Shown piece after piece: positions 8,427 to 18,489 of a stretch of 64,000 nt of DNA. Under the pieces are notes generated by a model. That model had not been told where the DNA came from. It saw only the letters and a program-made list of their open reading frames with translations, and did not search any database. Made by a program: the position numbers and the translations under genes. How positions within the stretch are numbered: the stretch's first letter is position 1; every line of letters begins with the position of its first letter. The stretch comes from a virus, in the IMG/VR virus record IMGVR_UViG_3300037462_000828, positions 47,727 through 111,726 of that record. One strand, given 5' to 3'.

Positions 8427-9652
8427 GCGGCGAGCCCTGGATCGCGCTCTCGGTCAAGTCGAAGCGGCACCCGAAGGTCGCGCCGCTGAGCGACGCTGCC
8501 TACCGGGTCTGGATCGCCTCGCTGCTCTACTGCCGCGAGTACACGACCGACGGCGTCGTCACGCCGGACAAGATCCGCGACCTGATGGCCGAGGTAACGA
8601 CGTGCCGCCGGCCGGCGAAGCTCATCGACGAACTATGCGCTCTCGGCCGCTGGGTGGCCAAGCCGGGCGGCGGCTGGAGCGTGCGCAACTACGCGTCGTG
8701 GCAGCAGACGCGCGAAGAGATCCGAGCCGACAGCACCGGGGCGGCCGGGCGTATGCGCGCCAAGCGGGCGCGCGACGCGGCGAAGGGCGTCGCCGAGCCG
8801 CCGCCGCCCCCCCGGGCGCCGCTCGAAAGCGGGGTGTTTCCGTCCGAAAACGCCGCGATTACCGCCGGTAAATCGGCGGAAAATCCTGAGAAAATCGCCG
8901 AGTTTTCGGCCGAAAATCTCGGCAAAAGTTGCCCAACCAAAAACGTGCCACACGCTGTTTTTGGCTCCAAAGCCGCTTCCGTTACGGGCGTAACCTCGCG
9001 TGCGCCTTCGCGTGAGCCCGCGTCAGATCTTAGATCTCTAGATCGAGAGAGTAGAGAAGAAGAGATCCAATCCCCCCCCCTACCCCCCGCCGTGCCGGCC
9101 GAGTCGTCGGCCGGGGCCCGGGGCCCGGGGGGGGGAGGGGGTTTGCCGGTCGAGGGTTCCAAGCCGGTCGGCCCGACGCCGGGCCACGGCGGGGCCGTCC
9201 CGGCCCAGACCGCCGCCGGACGGCCCGGCGCCTACCCCCCGGCCGGCGAGGGCCGCCAAGGGGCGCCTACGGCCGACCCGGCCCCCCTGCTCGCCGGGAG
9301 CCTCGGCCCGAGCGCGGCGGCGATCCTCGCCGCCCTCGAGGCCTGCCCGGCGCTCGCCGAGATCGCCCGGCCGGCGCTCGCCCAACAGCTCGCCGCCCAC
9401 GTCGACGGCGGCTCGAAACGGCTCTCGTGGGTGCTCGCCGCCATCGCCAAGGCCGGCAAGACGGCCGCGACCGACAACGCGACCGACCAGCCCATGCCGG
9501 CCCGAACCCTCGGGCGGTTCGTCGAGGGGGCCGTCGCGAGGTGCGGCGACCCGGCCCAGACCGCGGTGGCGAAGCCCGGCGGTGCAGCCCCGTGGCGCCC
9601 AGGCGGCGGCGCGCCGTACCACGCCCCCCCCAAAACCAAGATGAGCGCCTGA
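8423..9652 (+). CDS. Phage replication initiator / replisome organiser
   Basis: HPKVAPLSDAAYRVW..YC..TTDG N-terminal domain, low-complexity middle with AT-rich repeats, directly upstream of dnaB. Confidence 0.75.
   Translation: MSGEPWIALSVKSKRHPKVAPLSDAAYRVWIASLLYCREYTTDGVVTPDKIRDLMAEVTTCRRPAKLIDELCALGRWVAKPGGGWSVRNYASWQQTREEIRADSTGAAGRMRAKRARDAAKGVAEPPPPPRAPLESGVFPSENAAITAGKSAENPEKIAEFSAENLGKSCPTKNVPHAVFGSKAASVTGVTSRAPSREPASDLRSLDRESREEEIQSPPLPPAVPAESSAGARGPGGGGGLPVEGSKPVGPTPGHGGAVPAQTAAGRPGAYPPAGEGRQGAPTADPAPLLAGSLGPSAAAILAALEACPALAEIARPALAQQLAAHVDGGSKRLSWVLAAIAKAGKTAATDNATDQPMPARTLGRFVEGAVARCGDPAQTAVAKPGGAAPWRPGGGAPYHAPPKTKMSA
8840..9090. repeat. Putative replication origin (iteron-like GAAAA repeats plus AGATC cluster)
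   Basis: CCGAAAAC, CGGAAAATC, GAGAAAATC, CCGAAAATC at 8844-8918; AGATCT-TAGATCT-CTAGATC at 9025-9044; locally AT-rich. Confidence 0.55.
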
Positions 9653-9653
9653 C

Positions 9654-12302
9654 ATGACCCAACCCATGCTCTCGCCCGGCGGCCGCGTGCCCCCGCACGA
9701 TCTCGATGCAGAGTCGGCCGTTCTCTCGGCCGTGATGCTCGAGCCCAAGGCGCTCGGCCGCGTCGCGCCGATCCTGCGCGCCGGCCCCGAGTCGTTCTAC
9801 TCGCCGGCGAACCGGCGCATCTACGAGGCCTGCGTCGCGCTCGCCAAGGTCGGCACGCCGATCGACGTGGTCACGGTCGCCGGCTGGCTCAAGGATCGCG
9901 AGCGTCTCGCCGAGGTCGGCGGCGTGCCGTACCTCGGCGCGATCGTCGACTCGGTGCCGAGCGTCGCGAACCTCGAGGCGTACGCCAAGCGCGTCGCCGA
10001 CAAGAAAAAAAAGCGCGACATGATCGCCCTGCTCCGGGCGATGGCGGCCGAGGGCTACGACGACGAGGGCGACGCCGACGCGTGGTGCTCGACCGTCGCG
10101 CACGCCGCCTCGCGCGTCGCTTCCGAGGGCGTCAAGAGCCGTTCGCGCAAGCTCTTCGACGTAGCCAAGGGCGTTTTCGAAGACCTGAGCGCCGGCAAAA
10201 AGACGGGCGTGCCGACCGGATACGCGGTCTTCGACCGAGCGACGAGCGGGGGGCCGCGGCCGGGCGATCTTATCGTCGTCGCGGGCCGACCCGGCATGGG
10301 TAAGGCGCAGCCCCTCGAGGCCCCCGTCCTGACCCCGACGGGGTGGCGTCCGATGGGCGACCTTCGCGTCGGCGACCGAGTCGTCGGCGCCGACGGGCGT
10401 CCGTGCTTCGTTACGGGCGTTTTCCCCCAGGGCGAGAAGGACGTCTACCGTGTTGTCGTCGACGACGGGTCGTCGGCCGAATGCTGCGACGACCACCTGT
10501 GGCTGACCCGCACGAAGGCCGACCGCAAGGCCAGCCGCGTCGGGACGGTCAAGACGCTTTCGGAGGTGCGGCGTCGCCTGCGCGTTGGCGCCCACGCGAA
10601 CCACAGCCTGCCGTTCGTGGGGCCCGTCGAGTTCGACGCGCCAGCCGAACTCGCCCTCGACCCGTACGTGCTCGGCGTCTACCTCGGCGACGGATCGTAC
10701 GAGGGCCAGAACAGCGTGTCGATCCATACGCCGCAGGTCGACGTGCAAGAGCGCGTCGCCGAGCGCCTGCCCGTGGGCGATCAGACGTCGCCGATGGAAC
10801 TCGGCGTGCGGATCAAGAGCCGGGTATTTTCACGCGGCGGGTCGAGCACGGCGAACGCGCTTCGGGCGCTCGGCCTCGCCGGCCTCGAGGCGCACGAAAA
10901 GTTCATTCCGCCGTCGTACCTGAGGGGCACCGTCGAGCAGCGATGGTGGCTGCTGCGCGGCCTCTGCGACACCGACGGGTACGTCACCGACCCGAGCGGC
11001 AAGTCGATCGAGTACACGACGGCCTCGCCAGCGCTGCGCGACGGCGTGACCGAACTCGCGCGATCGCTCGGCGGTCGCGTGTCGTGCGTCGAGAAGCGCC
11101 CGACATACGAGTACCTCGGCGAGAAGCGCGAGGGGCGACTCTGCTACCGCCTCAACGTTGCGTTCCCCGCCGGCGGCGCCACGCCGGTGGCCGCGATCAA
11201 GCACCTGATCAAGTGGCGACCCTCCCCTTCGCGCGTCACCGAGCGGTACGTCGAGCGCGTCGAGTTCGTTGGGCGCAAAGCGTGCCAGTGCATCGCCGTT
11301 TCCGCGCCCGACCATCTCTACGTCACCGAAGGGTTTTTGGTCACGCACAATACGGCTTGGACGATGGGCGCCGTCGCCGGCGCGTGGCTCGACGAGACGT
11401 TCGCCGAGCAGTCGGCGTCGCTCTTTTTCACGCTCGAGATGCCGGCCGCGCAAATCGCCCTGCGGCACCTCTGTTCGGAGACCGGCGTCAGCATCGGCGA
11501 CATGCGCAAGGGCCGGCTCGGGGCCTACCGGCGCGACCCGTTCGACCGGGGCGAGCACCCGACGGACGGCTGGGCGCTCCTGACCGAGCAGATGTCGTGG
11601 CTCGCGCAGAGCGACGCGCCGGTGTGGCTCTATGACCAGTCGGGCGTGACGATCGAGGGGGTCTGCGCCGAGGCCCGGCGCGTCGCCGCCGAGGCGGCCG
11701 CCGAGCGCGAGCCCGACGTGCCTGCTCAGATCGACGCCTACGGCAACGTCGTCGCGCCGGGTCGCAAGGGCCGACCGCGTAAACTCCGCGTTATCGCGGT
11801 CGACTACATCGGGCTCGTCGAGGAGCAGGCGAGCCGCTCGCGGTCGGAAACGCGCGAGCAGCAGGTCGCGCTCGTGACGCGCACGCTCAAGAACCTGGCG
11901 AAAGAACTCGACTGCGTCGTCTACGCCCTCTCGCAACTCAACCGCACCGTCGAGCAGCGCGCCGACAAGCGCCCCCTCATGAGCGACCTGCGCGAGTCGG
12001 GGGCCATCGAGCAGGACGCGGACATGGTCGCCATGCTCTACCGCGACGAATACTACAACGGCGACGACGAGCTTACGGTCGACGCGGCCGAGGGAAGCGA
12101 GGCGTTTCTGCGCGGCGAGCGCGAGGTCAAGGCGTCGAACCGCAACATCGCCGAAGTGCTTATTCGCAAGTTCCGCAACGGCGAGACGCAGGGCCTTTAC
12201 ATGCTGTTTCACGGGCCGACGACCAGCTTTTCGAGCCTGCGCGACCACCCCCTCTTGCGCGCGATGCCCCGCCGCGACGACGAAGATGGCGAGGCCGCTT
12301 AA
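9654..12302 (+). CDS. dnaB: Replicative DNA helicase DnaB, intein-containing
   Basis: VPPHDLDAESAVL, Walker A GRPGMGK/T, VDYIGL, LKNLAKEL..ALSQLNR, SDLRESGAIEQDAD. Confidence 0.97.
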   Translation: MTQPMLSPGGRVPPHDLDAESAVLSAVMLEPKALGRVAPILRAGPESFYSPANRRIYEACVALAKVGTPIDVVTVAGWLKDRERLAEVGGVPYLGAIVDSVPSVANLEAYAKRVADKKKKRDMIALLRAMAAEGYDDEGDADAWCSTVAHAASRVASEGVKSRSRKLFDVAKGVFEDLSAGKKTGVPTGYAVFDRATSGGPRPGDLIVVAGRPGMGKAQPLEAPVLTPTGWRPMGDLRVGDRVVGADGRPCFVTGVFPQGEKDVYRVVVDDGSSAECCDDHLWLTRTKADRKASRVGTVKTLSEVRRRLRVGAHANHSLPFVGPVEFDAPAELALDPYVLGVYLGDGSYEGQNSVSIHTPQVDVQERVAERLPVGDQTSPMELGVRIKSRVFSRGGSSTANALRALGLAGLEAHEKFIPPSYLRGTVEQRWWLLRGLCDTDGYVTDPSGKSIEYTTASPALRDGVTELARSLGGRVSCVEKRPTYEYLGEKREGRLCYRLNVAFPAGGATPVAAIKHLIKWRPSPSRVTERYVERVEFVGRKACQCIAVSAPDHLYVTEGFLVTHNTAWTMGAVAGAWLDETFAEQSASLFFTLEMPAAQIALRHLCSETGVSIGDMRKGRLGAYRRDPFDRGEHPTDGWALLTEQMSWLAQSDAPVWLYDQSGVTIEGVCAEARRVAAEAAAEREPDVPAQIDAYGNVVAPGRKGRPRKLRVIAVDYIGLVEEQASRSRSETREQQVALVTRTLKNLAKELDCVVYALSQLNRTVEQRADKRPLMSDLRESGAIEQDADMVAMLYRDEYYNGDDELTVDAAEGSEAFLRGEREVKASNRNIAEVLIRKFRNGETQGLYMLFHGPTTSFSSLRDHPLLRAMPRRDDEDGEAA
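10305..11351 (+). mobile_element. Class-3-type intein (349 aa) with LAGLIDADG homing endonuclease, inserted in the DnaB P-loop
   Basis: Starts AQPLEAPVLTPTGW after GK; DHLW; CQCIAV; ends VTHN/T; LGVYLGDG and LRGLCDTDG. Confidence 0.93.
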
Positions 12303-12368
12303 CGCGCCGGCCGGGCGGCCGTTGACCTTGGGCGAAGGGCCCGCCGAGCGCGGGCCGGAAAGGCACCA

Positions 12369-13877
12369 ATGTTTACCGACATGGCAAAGAGGGCGCGCGT
12401 CGAGGCGTGGGCCGCGGGCCTGCCGAAGGGGGCCGTCGTACTCGCCTCGGGCACGACCGAGGACGCGGCGGCCGACCTCGGAAGCGAGATCGCTCGGGCC
12501 GTCGCGGCGTCGGGCCGCATGGTCACGACATGGTCGATCTCCCCGCGCGACGCGCAACTCGACCCGGTCGACGTCCGGCGCTACGCGCGCTCGTCGCGCA
12601 AGACGATCGTCTGCGTCCTCGACCCGGCGCGCGCGGCGCCCTCGGGCCTCGAGCACGAGGCCGACGCGCACCTCGCCGACGGCGCCGACCTCGTCGTCGT
12701 CAAGAGCCGCACCGGGCAGGTCGGCCCCTTGCCGCCCGCCGAGACGACGGCGCCCGAGGGGCCGGCCGAACTCGCGGCGCGTATGAAGCGCCTCGCGGCC
12801 GTCGCGACCGACGGCCCGTGGGTCATCGCGGGCGTGCTCGGCGACGAACCACCCGACGCCGACGGGCGCGCGCGCGTCAAGTGCGACTGGCACCCGCCCG
12901 CGGCGAAGCTCTACGACGAACTCTCCGTCGGCTCGCGCTTGCCGGTCGACGGCGACGACGGCCTCTTCGTCTGCCGGGGCATGACGGGCCCGAACCGGGC
13001 CAACAACGCCGCGTTCCTCGCGGCGTGCCGCGAGGGCGTACCCGCGCTTTGCGCGGCGCTTGTGCGTGCGCTCAAAGAGGGGTCGGAGTCGCGCGCCCTT
13101 CGGGCTCAACTCAAGGATCAACTCGACCAGGCGTCGGCCGCGCACGAGGCGGAGATACGAGCCATCGACGAGGCGCTCGAGGCGTCGGCGACCGTCGGGG
13201 GTGCGTTCGATAGCCCGGTCGCCGGGCACCCCGAGATCATTCGCGAGATCGTCGCCGAACGCAACGCGGCGCGCGCCGACAACGCGGCCCTGCGCGCCGA
13301 ACTCGCCGCCGTGCGCCTCACCGAGGCGAACCTGCGCGAGGCGCTGACCGACCTCCGCGTTTCGTCGCAAGCGATCGCCTCGACCTACGACCACGACGCC
13401 GACGCCGTCAGCGATTGGAACTATCTCGGCCGCGACATCAACGCCGCCGGCAAGGCGCTCGCCTACGTGCCGGGCCCCGACGCCGAGCGCCCGGCCCCCG
13501 TGCCCGCGATCGACGTGCTGCGCAAGATCGCCGGTCTCTTCGAAGGGGGCGACCTCGCGTTCGTTCGGGAGCACGCCAAGGGCGACGACGAGGCCGCTGG
13601 CTTCGCCAAGGCGATCGCGATGGCCGTCGAGTGGGCGCGCCTCGCGCTCGCCGGCGTCGAACGACCGATCCCCCACGTCTTGCTCGAGGTCGAGGCGGCG
13701 ATGGATCGGGCCCGCGCCGACCTGGACGCTCACGCGCTCGGGAGAGGGGCTCTCGACGCTGTTGCCGCGGGCGCCCAAGACCCCGACGCGGCCGTCTTTC
13801 AGGCGGCGAAGCGGGTCGTCTACGCCGAGCGCGTACTCGCCGCGGCTGGTTCGGTCGGCAAGGAAGGCGGCGCGTGA
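12369..13877 (+). CDS. Hypothetical protein with Ead/Ea22-like segment and coiled coil
   Basis: AVATDGPW...NAAFLAACREGVPALCAAL. Confidence 0.6.
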   Translation: MFTDMAKRARVEAWAAGLPKGAVVLASGTTEDAAADLGSEIARAVAASGRMVTTWSISPRDAQLDPVDVRRYARSSRKTIVCVLDPARAAPSGLEHEADAHLADGADLVVVKSRTGQVGPLPPAETTAPEGPAELAARMKRLAAVATDGPWVIAGVLGDEPPDADGRARVKCDWHPPAAKLYDELSVGSRLPVDGDDGLFVCRGMTGPNRANNAAFLAACREGVPALCAALVRALKEGSESRALRAQLKDQLDQASAAHEAEIRAIDEALEASATVGGAFDSPVAGHPEIIREIVAERNAARADNAALRAELAAVRLTEANLREALTDLRVSSQAIASTYDHDADAVSDWNYLGRDINAAGKALAYVPGPDAERPAPVPAIDVLRKIAGLFEGGDLAFVREHAKGDDEAAGFAKAIAMAVEWARLALAGVERPIPHVLLEVEAAMDRARADLDAHALGRGALDAVAAGAQDPDAAVFQAAKRVVYAERVLAAAGSVGKEGGA

Positions 13878-14392
13878 CGGCCGACAAGCGCGTCGCCGTC
13901 CGGGTCGACGCCATTACGCCAGGCCCGTTCTCGGGCGAGCGCGTCTGGGCCGTTGCGTCGGCCGACGGCGGCGAGCCCATCGTCGGGATCGCCCCGACGG
14001 CGTGGTGTCACGACGGCAACCTCGTCAACGCGACCGCGATCGAAGGCGACGCGCCCGAGGGCTTCGTTGACGTCTCCCTGCCCGTTGGCCAAGGGTGCTG
14101 CGACGTCTATCGCGTCCCGGCCGATCGCGTCGTTCCCCGACCCGGGTCGGCCGGCGCACTCTCGGCCGAGGTCGCCCGGCTGCGGGCCGAGAACGATCGG
14201 CTGCGCGACCTACTCGACCGCGCCGGCGAGACGCTTTCGATCGCCCGCGGGGCGTGCCAGGACGCGAGCCTTCAGCCCGGCGATCGGTACGGTACGGCGG
14301 TCGCGCGCATCGACCGCCTCTTCGACGAGTTCAGCGCGAGCCCCGACAAGCGCCGCGGACCCTTACGGGTCGGCGGGGGCGGCCGTTGGTAG
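13874..14392 (+). CDS. Hypothetical protein
   Basis: Coupled GTG start with GGAAGG upstream. Confidence 0.55.
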   Translation: MTADKRVAVRVDAITPGPFSGERVWAVASADGGEPIVGIAPTAWCHDGNLVNATAIEGDAPEGFVDVSLPVGQGCCDVYRVPADRVVPRPGSAGALSAEVARLRAENDRLRDLLDRAGETLSIARGACQDASLQPGDRYGTAVARIDRLFDEFSASPDKRRGPLRVGGGGRW

Positions 14393-14407
14393 GGGTAGGA
14401 GGCTACG

Positions 14408-15025
14408 ATGCTCGAACCGAAACCACGCCGACCCGCCAAAGACCCTACGCCCTCGCGCCCGACAGCGGCGATCCGCCGGGGCGGCCGCCTTACCCGCAAC
14501 GACGGCGTTTCCCTTCGCCGCTACCCTCGGGGCGGCGGCCGATTCTTTTTCGTGAGCGCACTCGGCCGTATCGCCGGGCGATCGTCGGTCGTCGTCGACT
14601 TTTTCGACGTCATGGCCGACGCGCGCGCCCGCCTCGAGGCGGGTTGCGTGCTCTTTGTTCTCGACCGGCCAGGGCCCGACGGCCTGCCCGAGGCGTGCGC
14701 GGTCGCCGCCCGGGCGTGGGGCTACGGCCGCGCCGAGGCGGTCTACCTCAACCCGGGCGGCTCCGGCGCCGTCGGCTACGTCGACCCGGTCGTCGCCGTC
14801 GGGCGCAGGGGCGCCCTCGCGCGGGCGTCGCGCATCGTCGCCGCCTGGGGGGATGCGTCGAGCGCCGCCCTATCGTTCCACGACCTCTGGGCCGAGGGCC
14901 GCCCCGTTGGCGCGATGGCCCTCGGCCCCCGCGGCGAGCCCGTCAAGCCGGCCGACGCGCCGACCCCGGGCGCCGGTCCCGTGCCGTTTCTCGACGACTT
15001 CGGGGGCGCCCGTGGCGGCGCGTAA
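14408..15025 (+). CDS. Degenerate DUF1643-like protein
   Basis: ARAWGYG, DPV, ASRIVAAWG, GEPVKP; the usual LNPS motif is missing from its normal position; GGAGG RBS. Confidence 0.45.
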   Translation: MLEPKPRRPAKDPTPSRPTAAIRRGGRLTRNDGVSLRRYPRGGGRFFFVSALGRIAGRSSVVVDFFDVMADARARLEAGCVLFVLDRPGPDGLPEACAVAARAWGYGRAEAVYLNPGGSGAVGYVDPVVAVGRRGALARASRIVAAWGDASSAALSFHDLWAEGRPVGAMALGPRGEPVKPADAPTPGAGPVPFLDDFGGARGGA

Positions 15026-15223
15026 GCGAGGCAAGGCCGAGTGCGTGCTCGACGCGGCGCGCCACGTGCGCATGGCCGAGCACGCGCTCCAGGGCGTCGC
15101 CGATACGATCCTTTCGGCCGGGTCGAGCCGATCGCCGGAAACCGAAGAGGAGTGCCTGCGCGACGCGGCGCTACGCATTCGCCTAGCCCTTAGCGACTTG
15201 GCGGCCGAGAAAAAGGCCCCCCG

Positions 15224-15787
15224 ATGACGAGCCCGAGCCTACCCGATCTTGTCGACCTCGCGCGCGAGGTGCTCGGCGTGCGAGCCGTCAAGTGGCGCAA
15301 CGCCGACAAGTTTACGCTTCATCATATCCCCCGCTACGGCGCGGGGCACGACAGCCGCAAGCGCGTCGTCGAGTCGGGCCTCTCCCGCGAGGATCTCGCC
15401 GCGCGCGTGCTTGAGGCGGCCGACCGAAGCGCCGTCGAAGCCGTGGCCAGCGTAAACTGGGCGCGCGATGCGCTCGACGTGCTTGTCGCTCGGCACCGAA
15501 AAGAATCGGAGGCCGCGTCGGCGGCTATCGACGAGCGACGGGCCGAGGCGAAGCGCCTCTACAACCTACGCGCCCGCGTGCGCGACGAACTCGGCGTCGG
15601 CCCCGGCGACGAGGAGGCCGACCCGCCGCCCTACGCGGCGCCCGCCGAAGGCGTTCCGGGCCGCGAGCGTTGCCGCCCCCGTCACGGGTCGTGCGGCAAG
15701 ACGTGGCCGCATAGCGGCGGCTGCAACGCAAGCGCCGGGCCCTTCGCCGGCCAGCCCTACCCGCCCGGGGGCGACGACGATGGCTAG
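15224..15787 (+). CDS. Hypothetical protein
   Basis: Coiled-coil ORF in operon. Confidence 0.55.
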   Translation: MTSPSLPDLVDLAREVLGVRAVKWRNADKFTLHHIPRYGAGHDSRKRVVESGLSREDLAARVLEAADRSAVEAVASVNWARDALDVLVARHRKESEAASAAIDERRAEAKRLYNLRARVRDELGVGPGDEEADPPPYAAPAEGVPGRERCRPRHGSCGKTWPHSGGCNASAGPFAGQPYPPGGDDDG

Positions 15788-16136
15788 GCGCGGCCTTCGC
15801 CTGGGGCCGACGGCGCGCCCGCTCGGCATTCAAATCTGCTCGAGCGACGACGACCGCGCCATCCTGTCGAAGGGGCACCACGACCCCGACGTTTTCATGG
15901 CGCAGGCGCGCGCCGACGGCTTCGACCTCGCGTGGGCCCGGCTCGGGCAGCCGAAGCACGTCTGGTACCGGGCCGTGCCGAAGCACCCGGGCAGCGGCGA
16001 TACGAGCTACGTCGAGGTCGCGCCCCGGTCGCGGGGCGCCTTCGCGGCGACCGTCGCGTGGGAGACCTACGACGCGGGCGACCTCTACGGCATTCCGATG
16101 CCGCCCGTCGGCGGCTGGGAGACTCTCGATGTCTAA
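15780..16136 (+). CDS. Hypothetical protein
   Basis: Overlapping start; SKGHHDP..HVWYR globular composition. Confidence 0.55.
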   Translation: MARRGLRLGPTARPLGIQICSSDDDRAILSKGHHDPDVFMAQARADGFDLAWARLGQPKHVWYRAVPKHPGSGDTSYVEVAPRSRGAFAATVAWETYDAGDLYGIPMPPVGGWETLDV

Positions 16137-16506
16137 CACGAACAAGGTATCGATGTTTGCGGGCCTCGACGCGCTTCTCGAAGGCAAAGCGGCCGACGCG
16201 GCGGCGCTCTTCGCCTCGGCGCTCGGCGGCGTGTGGCCGCCCCGCCGCGCGCTCAAGCTGGCGCTGTGGGGGGTCGAACGGGCGATCGACTACGACGCGG
16301 CGCGCGCCGCGGGCGCCGAGCCGCTGCAAGCGGCGGTGCGCGCCGGAATGCCTACGTTCCGCGCCGGCGTGCTCGAGGCCCGCCGCGCCGCCGTGCCGCG
16401 CGCCCGGCTCGACGACTGGGCCGTGCGCCTCGCCGCGGCCGCCGACGATCCCCTGGCCGACGCGCTGGCCGTCATCGCTTCGCTCGAGAGCGCGGCCGAT
16501 GCGTAG
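16129..16506 (+). CDS. Hypothetical protein
   Basis: Overlapping start in operon. Confidence 0.55.
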   Translation: MSNTNKVSMFAGLDALLEGKAADAAALFASALGGVWPPRRALKLALWGVERAIDYDAARAAGAEPLQAAVRAGMPTFRAGVLEARRAAVPRARLDDWAVRLAAAADDPLADALAVIASLESAADA

Positions 16507-17244
16507 CCGCCCCCGAGGCCGCGTGCGCCGGCCGCTCTTCGCCGGCCCGGGCCGGGCGGCGCTCGCGGCCGCCGCGCGCGGGGCAACGCCGCCCCTTCGG
16601 GCCTGCGCCGCCGCCTTCGTCGTCGCGGCCGTCGAGCGCGACGAGGCCCGGGGGCTCCCGATCTGGGCCTGCCCCGGGGCCGAGGACGACCGCGCCGAGG
16701 GCCTCTGCCGGCTCGGCTACCTCGAGCGCGTCGAGGGCCGGCGCTACCGCCCGACGCCCGCCGGCGTGGCCTTCGCCGACCCCTTCCGCTCGCTTCCCCT
16801 CTGGCGCGGCCGCGGGCCGGGCACCCTGCGCTGGGTCGACCTCGCCCGGGCCTTGCGCGACGCTGCGCTGCGCCTCGTACGTACGCCCCCCACGCCCCGA
16901 GACGACCGGCCGTGACCGACGCCGAGCGAGAGGGCGAGGCCCTCGAGATTGCCTTCGAGGCGTTCGCCGCCTCGCTCGCGCACCCGCCGGCCGCCGAGGA
17001 CATGTGGCGCCTGCTCTCCGAGCGCGAGCGGGGAGCGCTGATCGACGTCGCCCGCGCCGCCAGGCGCGTCGTCGAGGCCCGGCTCGAAAATCAGATCGCC
17101 GCGCTCGAGGAACACCTATCCGCCCTGCTCACGCCCGCGAACGAGAACGCCGTCGGCCTGCCGACGTTTCTTTTGCCAGGACCAGACGGCCGAACGCGCC
17201 GACGCCCCTTACGGCCCGGCTGCGTCGGCCGTTTGGATCGGGGC

Positions 17245-17808
17245 ATGACCGACCCCGAACAGCTCGACCGCATCGAACACAAACTCGACGTTTTGCTCGC
17301 CCACCTCGGCATCGGGCCCGGGGGCCGTCGCGCCCCGGCCGGCGGGGGAGGAGGCGGGCAGCAGGGGCCCGAGCCGCCCGCGAGCGACGCCGACCTCAAC
17401 GGCCCGCGTGGCAACCCCGAGGTGCGCTTCGACCCGAAGCGTTGGGAGGGCCAAAGCTACAAGGGCCGAACGTTTTCGGAGTGCGACCCCGACTACCTCG
17501 ACATGCTCGCCGAGACGTTCGAATACTTCGCGCGCAAAGAAGACGGCGAGGGCGCCGTCGACAAGAACGGCGGCCCCAAGAGCCGCTGGACGCGCCTCGA
17601 CGCCGCGAGAGCGCGAGGCTGGGCCCAGCGCCTGCGCGGGGGCTCGGCGGCCCGCCAGGCCGGCCCTCGCGGCGGCGATCGCGCACCGCGACCTCAGGCC
17701 GCCCAACGCCGCCCGGCGCCGCCGCCTCCCGCCGACTTCGAGCCGCCGCAGGGCGATCCGTTCGGCGGCGGCGGGGCCTTCGGGGAAGACGATGACATTC
17801 CGTTCTGA
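17245..17808 (+). CDS. Protein with SSB-like acidic C-terminal tail (DDDIPF)
   Basis: Ends FGEDDDIPF; core YKGRTFSECDPDYL; ATG 11 nt after promoter motif 17209-17233 (the track extends the ORF to 16912). Confidence 0.7.
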   Translation: MTDPEQLDRIEHKLDVLLAHLGIGPGGRRAPAGGGGGGQQGPEPPASDADLNGPRGNPEVRFDPKRWEGQSYKGRTFSECDPDYLDMLAETFEYFARKEDGEGAVDKNGGPKSRWTRLDAARARGWAQRLRGGSAARQAGPRGGDRAPRPQAAQRRPAPPPPADFEPPQGDPFGGGGAFGEDDDIPF

Positions 17809-17997
17809 TCCCCCGAACGGTTCGACCGGCTGGTCGCTCGCCGACCGCGTGGCCCTTCTCGCGGGCCGGGCGGTCGGCTTTCTGGCGTTCCCCTTCGTCG
17901 CCCTCTACTCGGACGCCGGCCGCGCGCTGATTCTCGGCCGACCGAAACCGCCGCCCCCGCGCTAAAGACTCGCCCCCGCCGGCCGCTACCTAGCGGC

Positions 17998-18489
17998 ATG
18001 GCAGACGAAACGAAACAGGAAGCGGCGCCCGTCGACCTGACGGCCGCCCGGGCGAGGCATTCGGCAGCAACGCCGGGCCCGTGGCGCTGGTACGGCAACA
18101 CCGGCACGCAGAACGCGTACCTCGCGACCGAGGCCGCCGGCCTGCGCTGGAAGGTGGCCGCCGCGGAGCGGTCGGCCTCGGAGGAAAAAGCGCGCGCCGA
18201 CCGACTCGCGGCCGAGAACGCCGCCCTTCGCTCGAAGCCCTTCGAGGCCGACGGCCTGCCGCCGTACGCCGAGATCGCGGCCGCCTACGAGAAGGGCTAC
18301 GGCATTCGAGAGCGCGCCGAAAACCACGCCGACCTTCGCAACGGGCTCGAGGCCGCCGTCGACCTCGCGACCGAGCGCCTGCGCTGCCGCCTCGGCGCCC
18401 TCGCGTTCGACCTCGAGGTGCTCGCCGCCGAGGGTGGGAGCGCCGCCGACCTCGTCGAGAAGATGCGCGCGCGGGGGCACCTGCCGTGA
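17998..18489 (+). CDS. Ead/Ea22-like protein
   Basis: AATPGPWRW followed by coiled coil; ATG 10 nt after promoter motif. Confidence 0.55.
   Translation: MADETKQEAAPVDLTAARARHSAATPGPWRWYGNTGTQNAYLATEAAGLRWKVAAAERSASEEKARADRLAAENAALRSKPFEADGLPPYAEIAAAYEKGYGIRERAENHADLRNGLEAAVDLATERLRCRLGALAFDLEVLAAEGGSAADLVEKMRARGHLP

Noticed and set aside
16912-17244. N-terminal extension of the DDDIPF protein
   Set aside because: A promoter motif sits right before ATG 17245; the upstream part is more likely a separate or fused small ORF
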